32,000 nucleotides of DNA, taken from assembly GCF_000014265.1 (NCBI RefSeq), contig NC_008312.1:3840001-3872000 (forward strand), in the 5' to 3' direction. The stretch comes from Trichodesmium erythraeum IMS101. Lineage in GTDB: Bacteria > Cyanobacteriota > Cyanobacteriia > Cyanobacteriales > Microcoleaceae. Every line of letters starts with the position of its first letter. Position 1 is the stretch's first letter. Below the pieces are notes generated by a model. That model made no database searches and had not been told where the DNA came from. It worked only from the letters and a program-made list of their open reading frames with translations. This document shows positions 8,847 through 17,666 of the stretch, piece by piece. The translations under genes and the position numbers were made by a program.

Positions 8847-8907
8847 CGATCGCCCTCAAAATGCCACTCAGCTCTCAGCAGGAGACAGGACGATAAAATT
8901 GGCACTT
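8847..8907. repeat. 61-bp dispersed repeat, copy A (29 nt downstream of the paralog 1 stop)
   Basis: cgatcgccctcaaaatgccactcagctctcagcaggagacaggacgataaaattggcactt. It is identical to 10617-10677 except one base (8891 c versus 10661 g). Confidence 0.9.
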
Positions 8908-9055
8908 CAGTGTCATCTAGGGAAATTCCTGCATTACCTAACTCTTGTCTGAGGTCTTCTATTGCTTTAATTACTTCTTCCTTGAAACTACTACAGTAAC
9001 AAAAAGTCACCTGAAACTTTGTATCTATCTCAAACTTTTTAGCTCTTGACTTATA

Positions 9056-9985
9056 TTAAAAATCCTCAAATAAATGCAACCAACTCAACAAATCTTCCAA
9101 ATTATTAAAATCTAAAGAGTCTTCCCCTAAATTATCCAAATGTGCAACTGATAAACCCTCAATTTGACTAGTTATTGCCTCCGGAACTTCTCCAAAACGC
9201 TTTTTAAGTTGACGTATTATTAATTGCCCTCTCCCTTTTTGTTCGCCTTTTTGTTCCCCTCTTCGCTCTCCTTGTTGTTCCGCATAAGTTATCCGTCCTC
9301 TTTCATCTTGCATTGCTATTCCTCGACGCTCAACTATGTCTAACTCTTCCGCTGTCATGTTAATTTTATTAGCAATATTTAAAGCCTTTTCTATTTCCGA
9401 AACTTCTCTTAAATTCTCCGGTATCTCATCTAAACGGCTAGCACTTTTGAGAAAATAAATCCACTTATCACTTAAAGTATGTAACTCAGACAAATTTTTC
9501 TTAAACTTGGGTAATTCTACAAAAAATAGTTGTAATTCTTGTTCCAGAAACTTAAATTTTTTAGTCTCTTGTTGAAAGACAAACTTATTAATTATATCCT
9601 CATTATTTTCAAACAAAATAAAGTCTGTAATTGTTACCCCTATAGCTGGATTCAGCAAGAGATAATCTTCTCCTGTTTCTAATTGATTTGCATAAGCTTT
9701 AGCTAGGTTATAAGCTACTCGTTTATTAAAACCAGTCATTCTAGCAACCTGCATTTCAATCACTACAATAGAACCATCTACTAAAACAGCTTTGATATCT
9801 AAATATGTATCTTTTAAACTCAGCAATTGACCAGGATTAAAAGGATTAGCAATTGTCAAAGACTGAATAATTTTTTTCCCCCCATAAATTATGGCATTGA
9901 GAAAGCTAATCAAGATATCTTGACTTTGTTGCGAACCGAAGATTTTTTTAAAAGCATAATCTATTTTAGGACTAACAAATTTCAT
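9056..9985 (-). CDS. Rpn-family recombination-promoting nuclease / putative transposase (PD-(D/E)XK fold, DUF4351-like C-terminus)
   Basis: The N-terminus MKFVSPKIDYAFKKIFGSQQSQDILISFLNAI and the core DIKAVLVDGSIVVIEMQV are characteristic of this family. A low-complexity GERRGEQKGEQKG linker follows, then a LIIRQLKKRFGEVPE tail. Confidence 0.8.
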   Translation of the reverse strand: MKFVSPKIDYAFKKIFGSQQSQDILISFLNAIIYGGKKIIQSLTIANPFNPGQLLSLKDTYLDIKAVLVDGSIVVIEMQVARMTGFNKRVAYNLAKAYANQLETGEDYLLLNPAIGVTITDFILFENNEDIINKFVFQQETKKFKFLEQELQLFFVELPKFKKNLSELHTLSDKWIYFLKSASRLDEIPENLREVSEIEKALNIANKINMTAEELDIVERRGIAMQDERGRITYAEQQGERRGEQKGEQKGRGQLIIRQLKKRFGEVPEAITSQIEGLSVAHLDNLGEDSLDFNNLEDLLSWLHLFEDF

Positions 9986-10616
9986 GATTTTTTTCTCCTA
10001 ATTAATAATTAAAATTGTCAAATAGTTATCTACAGACTTTATATTTACTAACATTTTTATGATTCTCGTGTACACCATAATTATAACATTTATAGCTGGA
10101 ATATGTCACAATTTTTTAGAGACAACTTGAGGATATAATCTCCTAAAATATCAATTAGGTAATTAACAATTAATAGTACACTTTCTCTCGATATATCTAC
10201 TACTAAATTATCAATTAAAATCATTAATAGTTAATGTGAATATGAAGTATACGTAGATTTACAAAAGGTGCAATATATGTCTAGAGTGTTCAAGAAATCT
10301 TCACTTTTATTGGATTAGTTATGAGACTTTTTGTGATATTATATAAATCTTATAAAATCGAACCATTCTTATTATAAATAGGATGGATGGTACTATTAGT
10401 AGTTAAATCTAATGGTGTGTGCGATCGCCTTATATTTGGGAGGTAAATAATATGGTAAAAAAAGTAATAGATCGAGAGGTTTATTATACTCAGAAACAAT
10501 TACAGGACTTACCCATTTATCATAGGCTATATATAGTGTATTTGCGTAAGTCCTGATACTAAAATCTCAAGTTATCTGAGTTTAAATTTTGAATGTTTTA
10601 TATTTTCCTATTGACG

Positions 10617-10677
10617 CGATCGCCCTCAAAATGCCACTCAGCTCTCAGCAGGAGACAGGAGGATAAAATTGGCACTT
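10617..10677. repeat. 61-bp dispersed repeat, copy B (89 nt upstream of the paralog 2 start)
   Basis: Same sequence as 8847-8907 with one mismatch. Its 5' end sits in a HIP1 site. Confidence 0.9.
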
Positions 10678-10765
10678 ACAGGACTAGGGTAGAACGCTAG
10701 ATATTGACTAAATACAATACCCTTATATTATAATACATAACTAACATATAAAGGATAAAATAATT

Positions 10766-13700
10766 ATGATTGAATGGTTAGTTGCTTGGGGAAGTAGTGA
10801 AGCGGTTAAATTTATTGCTCAGGAAGTTGTTGGAAAGTTAGGGAAGGGTGCTGTTGAAGATTATGTTAAGGATTTTTTGAAGCAAAACATCTCTAATGCT
10901 GTTGCCAGAATAGCAAATGGAGAACCTTTAAAAAAAGCTACTAAACAAGCAATTAAAGATTTTGAGAATTTGGGATATAAAGAGTTAAAAAATACTGATT
11001 TGAGTGAAAGTAAATTAAAGGAATATGATAAATATTTCAAGTCTTTTATTCAAGAGGGGTCTGTTTTAGAGGTTTTAATTAGTGCCTTCGATAATGATGT
11101 GAAAATTTTAGATATTAATAAATTGGCTACTGCCTGGAACAAAATAAATCCACCTTTACCAGATAACTTTGACTGGGATTTTTTGGCAAAGCAACATCAG
11201 AGAAGTGTTAAAGATATTATCCGGAGTTTCCCAGAATTACGGATAATATTAGATTCTAAAAACCTCGATCAAATAGCAAATCAAAATTATAAAATTACAC
11301 CAGAATTTGACCTCAGAAAATATCAAGAAGGTATCCAAGAACAATATGGAAATCTCAAACTAGAAAGTTTAGATACCAGTGGTTATGGTTATAATGAACT
11401 GAAATTATGGGGAATGTTTATTCCTCAAAATGTTCGAGAATCTCAAGAATTTAGGCCTCAATTATATGAGGTTCCTAAAGAATATCTCCAACAATTAAAA
11501 GAGACGGGGCAGTTAGAGGCAGAATTTTCTCCAGAACAATTGGAAACTGTCCGACGCAGATATTTAGAACAGCCGGTTCGCTCGGTTTTAGAACTAATAG
11601 AAAATACCAACTATAAATATTTAGTTATTCTGGGAGACCCTGGTTCTGGCAAGTCTACCTTATTACAATATATCGCTTTGGAATGGGCAGAATTACCTCT
11701 GAAAGATTTGCCTTTAAAACCAATTCCTCTATTAATTGAACTACGGACTTATGTGAGAAATCATGAGACTAATAACTGCCAAAATTTTCTAGATTTTCTC
11801 GAAAAAGGTAGCGGTTTAAATTGCCATTTTCCTCAAAAAGAACTTCATGCAAAATTACAAAATGGTGATGCTATTGTGATGTTTGATGGATTAGATGAAG
11901 TTTTTGAACCTGCTAAAAGAAAAGAAATAATTACTGATATTCATCGGTTTACAAATGATTATAAAAATGTCCGGGTTATTGTTACTTCTAGAGTAATTGG
12001 TTATCAGCCACAACAACTCCGGGATGCTGAATTTTATCATTTTATGTTGCAAGATTTGGGGTCGGAACAAGTTGATAATTTTATTCAACTTTGGCATGAT
12101 TTAACTTATCAAGATGAGGGGGAAAAAGAGCGGAAAAGGGAAAGGTTGAAACGGGCAATTAATGATTCTTCAGCTATTAAGCAGTTGTCGGGAAATCCTT
12201 TGTTATTAACTATGATGGCTATTTTAAATCGTCATCAAGAATTACCGAGAGATAGGGCAGAACTTTATAATCAAGCTTCTCGGGTTTTATTACAGCAATG
12301 GGATATGGAAAGGGCTTTAGTTGATGCTAAGATTGACCCGATAACTATTGACTATAAAGATAAGCAAGAAATTTTGCGCCGAGTTGCTGATTTTATGCAA
12401 CAAAATAAAGAGGGTTTGGCTGGTAATTTGATTGATGAAAGCAGCTTAGAAAATATTATTAAAGATTATCTAAAAAGTGTAGATATTAATGATGTGAGAG
12501 TTGTGGCTAGGGCGTTGATGGAACAGTTGCGGGTTCGTAATTTTATTTTGTGTTTTGTTGGGGGTGGATATTATGCTTTTGTGCATCGAACTTTTTTAGA
12601 ATATTTCTGTGCTTGGAGTTTTGTTTGGCAGTTTACGGTAACACAAACTCTGGGAAAAGATGGGTTGATAAATGATGTTTTTGGTGGTCATTGGCGGGAT
12701 GAAAAATGGCATGAGGTATTACGGTTAATTTCTGGGATGATAGATGCTAAGTTTGTGGGAGATATTATTAGTTATTTGATGGAACAAGATGGGGAAGAGG
12801 AAAAGTTTCAGAATTTATTTTTGGCGGGCAAGTGTTTGTCTGAAGTTAGGAGTAGTCAGGGTATTGATGATGTGGAAAATCGGTTATTAAATAGGTTAAA
12901 AGAGTTGACTGGGTATGACCTTGGTTATTTTTATCAACCATTGTACTTAAGCTTTAGTTCTATTTCTAGGGAAATTTATAGGAAAAATTTAGACTTAGTT
13001 CGTGAAATTCGTACTCAAGCTGTGGAAATAGTGGCTACAACCTGGAGGGACGACCCTTCAACTTATGCTTGGCTCAAACAAAGGGTTGTGTCTGATGAAG
13101 ACTCGGATGTGCGACGTGAAGCCGTCCGACAAATAGCTACTGGTTGGAAACACGAGCCGGGAATTTTAGAATTACTCAAACAATGGGTTGTGTCTGATGA
13201 AGACTCGGATGTGCGACGTGAAGCCCTCCGACAAATAGCTACTGGTTGGAAACACGAGCCCGGAATTTTAGAATTACTCAAACAATGGGTTGTGTCTGAT
13301 GAAAGTGAGTATGTGCGAACTGAAGCCGTCCGACAAATAGCTACTGGTTGGAAACACGAGCCCGGAATTTTAGAATTACTCAAACAATGGGTTGTGTCTG
13401 ATGAAAGTGAGGATGTGCGAGGTGAAGCCCTCGGACAAATAGCAACTGGTTGGAAACACGAGCCGGGAATTTTAGAATTACTCAAACAATGGGTTGTGTC
13501 TGATGAAAATTGGCATGTGCGAACTGAAGCCCTCCGACAAATAGTAACTGGTTGGAAACACGAGCCCGGAATTTTAGAACTACTCAAACAATGGGTTGTG
13601 TCTGATGAAAGTGAGCTTGTGCGAGGTGAAGCCCTCCGACAAATAGCTACTGGTTGGAAACACGAGCCGGGAATTTTAGATTTACTCAAACAAAGGGTTG

Positions 13701-14815
13701 TGTCTGATGAAAGTGAGTATGTGCGAACTGAAGCCGTCGGACAAATAGCTACTGGTTGGAAACACGAGCCCGGAATTTTAGAATTACTCAAACAAAGGGT
13801 TGTGTCTGATGATAGTGAGTCTGTGCGAGCTGAAGCCCTCCGACAAATAGCTACTGGTTGGAAACACGAGCCCGGAATTTTAGAATTACTCAAACAAAGG
13901 GTTGTGTCTGATGATAGTGAGTCTGTGCGAGCTGAAGCCCTCCGACAAATAGCTACTGGTTGGAAACACGAGCCCGGAATTTTAGAATTACTCAAACAAA
14001 GGGTTGTGTCTGATGATAGTGAGTCTGTGCGAGCTGAAGCCCTCCGACAAATAGCTACTGGTTGGAAACACGAGCCCGGAATTTTAGAATTACTCAAACA
14101 AAGGGTTGTGTCTGATGATAGTGAGGATGTGCGACGTGAAGCCGTCCGACAAATAGCTACTGGTTGGAAACACGAGCCCGGAATTTTAGAATTACTCAAA
14201 CAATGGGTTGTGTCTGATGAAAGTGAGTATGTGCGACGTGAAGCCCTCGGACAAATAGCTACTGGTTGGAAACACGAGCCCGGAATTTTAGAATTACTCA
14301 AACAATGGGTTGTGTCTGATGAAAGTGAGTATGTGCGACGTGAAGCCCTCCGACAAATAGCTACTGGTTGGAAACACGAGCCCGGAATTTTTGAATTACT
14401 CAAACAAAGGGTTGTGTCTCATGAAAGTTCGTCTGTGCGAACTGAAGCCGTCCGACAAATAGCTACTGGTTGGAAACACGAGCCCGGAATTTTAGAATTA
14501 CTCAAACAAAAGGTTGTGTCTGATGAAAGTTGGGATGTGCGACGTGAGGCAGTCAAACAAATAGCAACTGGTTGGAAACAGGAGCCGGGAACTTTTGAAA
14601 TATTTTATGACAACGCCCTCAACGATCCCTTTGAACGTATACATGAAATTCAAGACAACCCTCGACAAACAGCACTAGAAGCAATAGTCAAACAATACCC
14701 AGACCATCCCCAAACCCTCCCACTATTACAAGACAGAGCCGAAAACGACCCAGACGAACAACTACAGAATTGGGCAAAAAGGAAATTGCGATCGCTAAAA
14801 AATAACCAGCGCTAG
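10766..14815 (+). CDS. NACHT-domain STAND NTPase with a helical N-terminal module and 15 C-terminal 34-aa HEAT-like repeats (paralog 2)
   Basis: 1349-aa ORF. From about residue 170 onward it is nearly identical to paralog 1 and has the same Walker A/B and NACHT motifs. The first ~170 aa are only distantly similar. Confidence 0.88.
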   Translation: MIEWLVAWGSSEAVKFIAQEVVGKLGKGAVEDYVKDFLKQNISNAVARIANGEPLKKATKQAIKDFENLGYKELKNTDLSESKLKEYDKYFKSFIQEGSVLEVLISAFDNDVKILDINKLATAWNKINPPLPDNFDWDFLAKQHQRSVKDIIRSFPELRIILDSKNLDQIANQNYKITPEFDLRKYQEGIQEQYGNLKLESLDTSGYGYNELKLWGMFIPQNVRESQEFRPQLYEVPKEYLQQLKETGQLEAEFSPEQLETVRRRYLEQPVRSVLELIENTNYKYLVILGDPGSGKSTLLQYIALEWAELPLKDLPLKPIPLLIELRTYVRNHETNNCQNFLDFLEKGSGLNCHFPQKELHAKLQNGDAIVMFDGLDEVFEPAKRKEIITDIHRFTNDYKNVRVIVTSRVIGYQPQQLRDAEFYHFMLQDLGSEQVDNFIQLWHDLTYQDEGEKERKRERLKRAINDSSAIKQLSGNPLLLTMMAILNRHQELPRDRAELYNQASRVLLQQWDMERALVDAKIDPITIDYKDKQEILRRVADFMQQNKEGLAGNLIDESSLENIIKDYLKSVDINDVRVVARALMEQLRVRNFILCFVGGGYYAFVHRTFLEYFCAWSFVWQFTVTQTLGKDGLINDVFGGHWRDEKWHEVLRLISGMIDAKFVGDIISYLMEQDGEEEKFQNLFLAGKCLSEVRSSQGIDDVENRLLNRLKELTGYDLGYFYQPLYLSFSSISREIYRKNLDLVREIRTQAVEIVATTWRDDPSTYAWLKQRVVSDEDSDVRREAVRQIATGWKHEPGILELLKQWVVSDEDSDVRREALRQIATGWKHEPGILELLKQWVVSDESEYVRTEAVRQIATGWKHEPGILELLKQWVVSDESEDVRGEALGQIATGWKHEPGILELLKQWVVSDENWHVRTEALRQIVTGWKHEPGILELLKQWVVSDESELVRGEALRQIATGWKHEPGILDLLKQRVVSDESEYVRTEAVGQIATGWKHEPGILELLKQRVVSDDSESVRAEALRQIATGWKHEPGILELLKQRVVSDDSESVRAEALRQIATGWKHEPGILELLKQRVVSDDSESVRAEALRQIATGWKHEPGILELLKQRVVSDDSEDVRREAVRQIATGWKHEPGILELLKQWVVSDESEYVRREALGQIATGWKHEPGILELLKQWVVSDESEYVRREALRQIATGWKHEPGIFELLKQRVVSHESSSVRTEAVRQIATGWKHEPGILELLKQKVVSDESWDVRREAVKQIATGWKQEPGTFEIFYDNALNDPFERIHEIQDNPRQTALEAIVKQYPDHPQTLPLLQDRAENDPDEQLQNWAKRKLRSLKNNQR
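13065..14598 (+). repeat. In-frame tandem array, 15 x 102 bp (34-aa HEAT-like units) inside paralog 2
   Basis: Same 102-nt unit as in paralog 1. Units at 13797-13898, 13899-14000 and 14001-14102 are identical base for base. Confidence 0.95.
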
Positions 14816-15818
14816 CATCTATGGCGCCATACCCAAGTCAAACAAGAGAGCCGTCGGGCTGAAGATCCAAAGAAACCAGAAATCAGATCATATCAACTGA
14901 ATTCGGCATCAAAAAACACTTCATTTTCAGCCCCTATGCAAACCCTCCTAACACCCAATTCCTCATACTATTCCTCAAAAACTTTCCTACATTTTCTTAA
15001 CTAGGAAAAGCAAAAAGTAGGGCAATAAACTTAGGAACTTTGCATAAAAGCATCCCGAAAACATAATAAGAATTAACATTAACCTAGCCAAACACAGCAA
15101 AAAAAACATTATATTTATGCAAAATATTTAATAACTAAAATCTTCCCAAACAAAGCATTAACCCACAAGAATTAGTATTACTCCTGGTTTATTATTTTTG
15201 ATTTATTACCTGTAAACTTTTACCCTTAATTATATCATTATTCTTTGATTAAATCAATCCTCTCTCCCCTCTCCAGACACAGCAACCTTCCCTGTCCCTG
15301 AAGTACAGTAACAAAAGTTAGTAAACCAGTTTTTTTAAACATTGAATATTCATTAAAACCAGCATCACCACAGATAATTGTATCAACCATTTTAGTCTTC
15401 TGTCAGACAAAAACCCCCTCAAAAACACCTCAACTGTAACCACCATAATTCTATAGAATTAAAATATCGCGAGTAAGGGAATAAACTTATAAACACTGAT
15501 CCTAGGAACTCTATTCTATCTTCAATTAATATTAGTTAATCTCCAACTAAATCATCCATCAAAACCACCCCTTATATTCATAAATCAGACAGAAAAAAAA
15601 ACCTCAATAAATACCTTAAACATAAGCCTTAACATTGAATTATTGATAAACATTAACCCTACCACCCCTTTAATACTTATTCCACCAATTATCCTAGCCT
15701 TCTAACCTCTAATCAGCACCAACAAAAAATTATTTACCCCTCTAATTTTATCTAAGACATACAGCAGAAAAACCTCAATCTGACAAATAAACATAATTCA
15801 TTTTATATTCCTGCTGCT

Positions 15819-17666
15819 TTAAAGAAAAGGACTAGTTAGTGAGGTAAACTGAAGTAGTTCATTTACACTGGAAGTTGTCAATGGCTTTGAGAAAAAATAC
15901 CCCTGTCCTTTGCGACACTTAAGTTGCTTGAGCTGATTCATTTGAGCCTTAGTTTCTATTCCTTCTGCAATTATTTCTAAATCTAAATTATTAGCCAATG
16001 CAATAACAGCACTCACAATTTTTAAAGTTTGACCGCTTGTATCCGAATCTAATTGACTCACAAAAGAACGGTCAATTTTAATAGTATTAATAGGAAACTG
16101 ATGTAAATAACTTAACGACGAATAACCAGTACCAAAATCATCTATTGATAATCTAATATTTTGATTTTTCAGTTTCTCAAAAACTGCAGTAGCTAAATCA
16201 ACATTTGTCATAATTAAACTTTCAGTAATTTCTAGATTCAAACAATGAGGTTGACAATTTGTTGCCGCCAAAATTTCATTAACTTGTTCCAAAAAATTTG
16301 GTTGTGAGATATTCTTGCTAGAAATATTGACACTCATAGTAAAATTATGAGCAATAAAATTACAGTCAGAATATGCCAAACCAGAGCAAACATGTCTCCC
16401 TGTCAACCTTTTCTGCCAAACAGCCAACTGATGACAAGCCGTTCGCAATATCCACATTCCTAGAGGAATAATTAAACCCGTTTCTTCTGCCAATGGGATA
16501 AACTTTCCTGGTTGAATTAAGCCTTTAGTAGGATGAGCCCAGCGTACCAAACATTCAAAACCAGTAATTTTATTTGTAGTTAAACAAATAATTGGTTGGT
16601 AACTTAAAAAAAACTGAGAATTTACTGGATTTTGTTTAATCATTTCTACAGCTCGTCGTAGATCATTTTCCAATTCTAATAAAGATACAACTTCTCTGTG
16701 CATTGTCAAATCAAACACCTCATACCTTGCCTTACCTAAATCTTTAGCCCGATACATCGCAATATCTGCAGCTCGCAGTACATCTTCTGGGTGGTTGTAA
16801 ATAGGACAAATAGGAAAACTATTTTCACCGAGCTGATCACTAAACTGTTTACAATTAGTAACAATGCCAATACTTACTGTAGTAAATATTTCATGTCCTT
16901 CAACATAAATTGGTTGAGCAAGTTCTTGATTAATTTTCATAGCTACTTTAGTAGCATAGTCAGCATCGGGTAGAGACCTTAGTAAGATAGTGAACTCATC
17001 CCCTCCTAACCTCGCCACAGTATCTGAAGCTTTGATATAATTCTGTAGTCGCCTGCTGATGATGACTAATACTTGATCTCCAATAACATGCCCCAAACTA
17101 TCATTAATTACTTTAAAGCGATCTAGATCTAAAAACAGAACCCCATACTTATAACTTAGGTCTTTTCTAGACTGATGTAAAACTAGTTTTAGTTCATTAA
17201 AAAACAAATTACGGTTTGGTAAACCCGTCAGCCCATCGTGAAATGCCTTATATAAAAGTGTAGCTTGTTTTTGTCTGTGTTTCTTGAGCTTTTTAACAAT
17301 TACCTGCTTTGCTACCTCATTATTATCATTATTATCATTATAATAAATTTGCATAGAAGAATCTATAGCTTGTTCATTTAGTTTAATCAACTTTTTTCGA
17401 CCACTAGATAAAACATCATCCACCTTAGACTTGAGCTTTTTCCAAAAGGCAGAGTTGAGCTGAAGTAATTTATAAATATAATGAATAAGCTGATAAATTT
17501 TATTAGTAAACTGCTTAAAGCTCTTCCAAATTGATAAATAATCACAGGTTAATAGCAAGGACGTTAACCCTTTCAATAGATGAAAAGTATGAATTCTCGA
17601 AATAGTAGCTATTAAATTTAATATCAGTCTCAATGAACAAACCCCTGGTATTTGTGTAACAATCAT
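15819..17666 (-). CDS. GGDEF-EAL dual-domain c-di-GMP turnover protein (diguanylate cyclase/phosphodiesterase)
   Basis: GGDEF domain: GLPNRNLF...RLGGDEFTILL. EAL domain: GFECLVRW, LEITES, DDFGTGYSSLSYL, KIDRSFV, AEGIET, QGYFFSKPL. The N-terminal ~150 aa are low-complexity or coiled and show no sensor domain I recognise. The start codon is uncertain. Confidence 0.85.
   Translation of the reverse strand: MIVTQIPGVCSLRLILNLIATISRIHTFHLLKGLTSLLLTCDYLSIWKSFKQFTNKIYQLIHYIYKLLQLNSAFWKKLKSKVDDVLSSGRKKLIKLNEQAIDSSMQIYYNDNNDNNEVAKQVIVKKLKKHRQKQATLLYKAFHDGLTGLPNRNLFFNELKLVLHQSRKDLSYKYGVLFLDLDRFKVINDSLGHVIGDQVLVIISRRLQNYIKASDTVARLGGDEFTILLRSLPDADYATKVAMKINQELAQPIYVEGHEIFTTVSIGIVTNCKQFSDQLGENSFPICPIYNHPEDVLRAADIAMYRAKDLGKARYEVFDLTMHREVVSLLELENDLRRAVEMIKQNPVNSQFFLSYQPIICLTTNKITGFECLVRWAHPTKGLIQPGKFIPLAEETGLIIPLGMWILRTACHQLAVWQKRLTGRHVCSGLAYSDCNFIAHNFTMSVNISSKNISQPNFLEQVNEILAATNCQPHCLNLEITESLIMTNVDLATAVFEKLKNQNIRLSIDDFGTGYSSLSYLHQFPINTIKIDRSFVSQLDSDTSGQTLKIVSAVIALANNLDLEIIAEGIETKAQMNQLKQLKCRKGQGYFFSKPLTTSSVNELLQFTSLTSPFL

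Noticed and set aside
8774-9010. 78-aa minus-strand ORF between paralog 1 and the Rpn gene (also 8662-8859)
   Set aside because: It overlaps the 3' end of the NACHT gene and runs through the 61-bp repeat. It has a GTG start, no recognisable motifs and Cys/Leu-rich odd composition. The N-terminal part (SFKEEVIKAIEDLRQELGNAG) could be a gene remnant, but I cannot support that.
13063-14403. 446-aa antisense ORF across the repeat array of paralog 2
   Set aside because: The same artefact as above. Its length simply reflects the uniformity of the repeat units.
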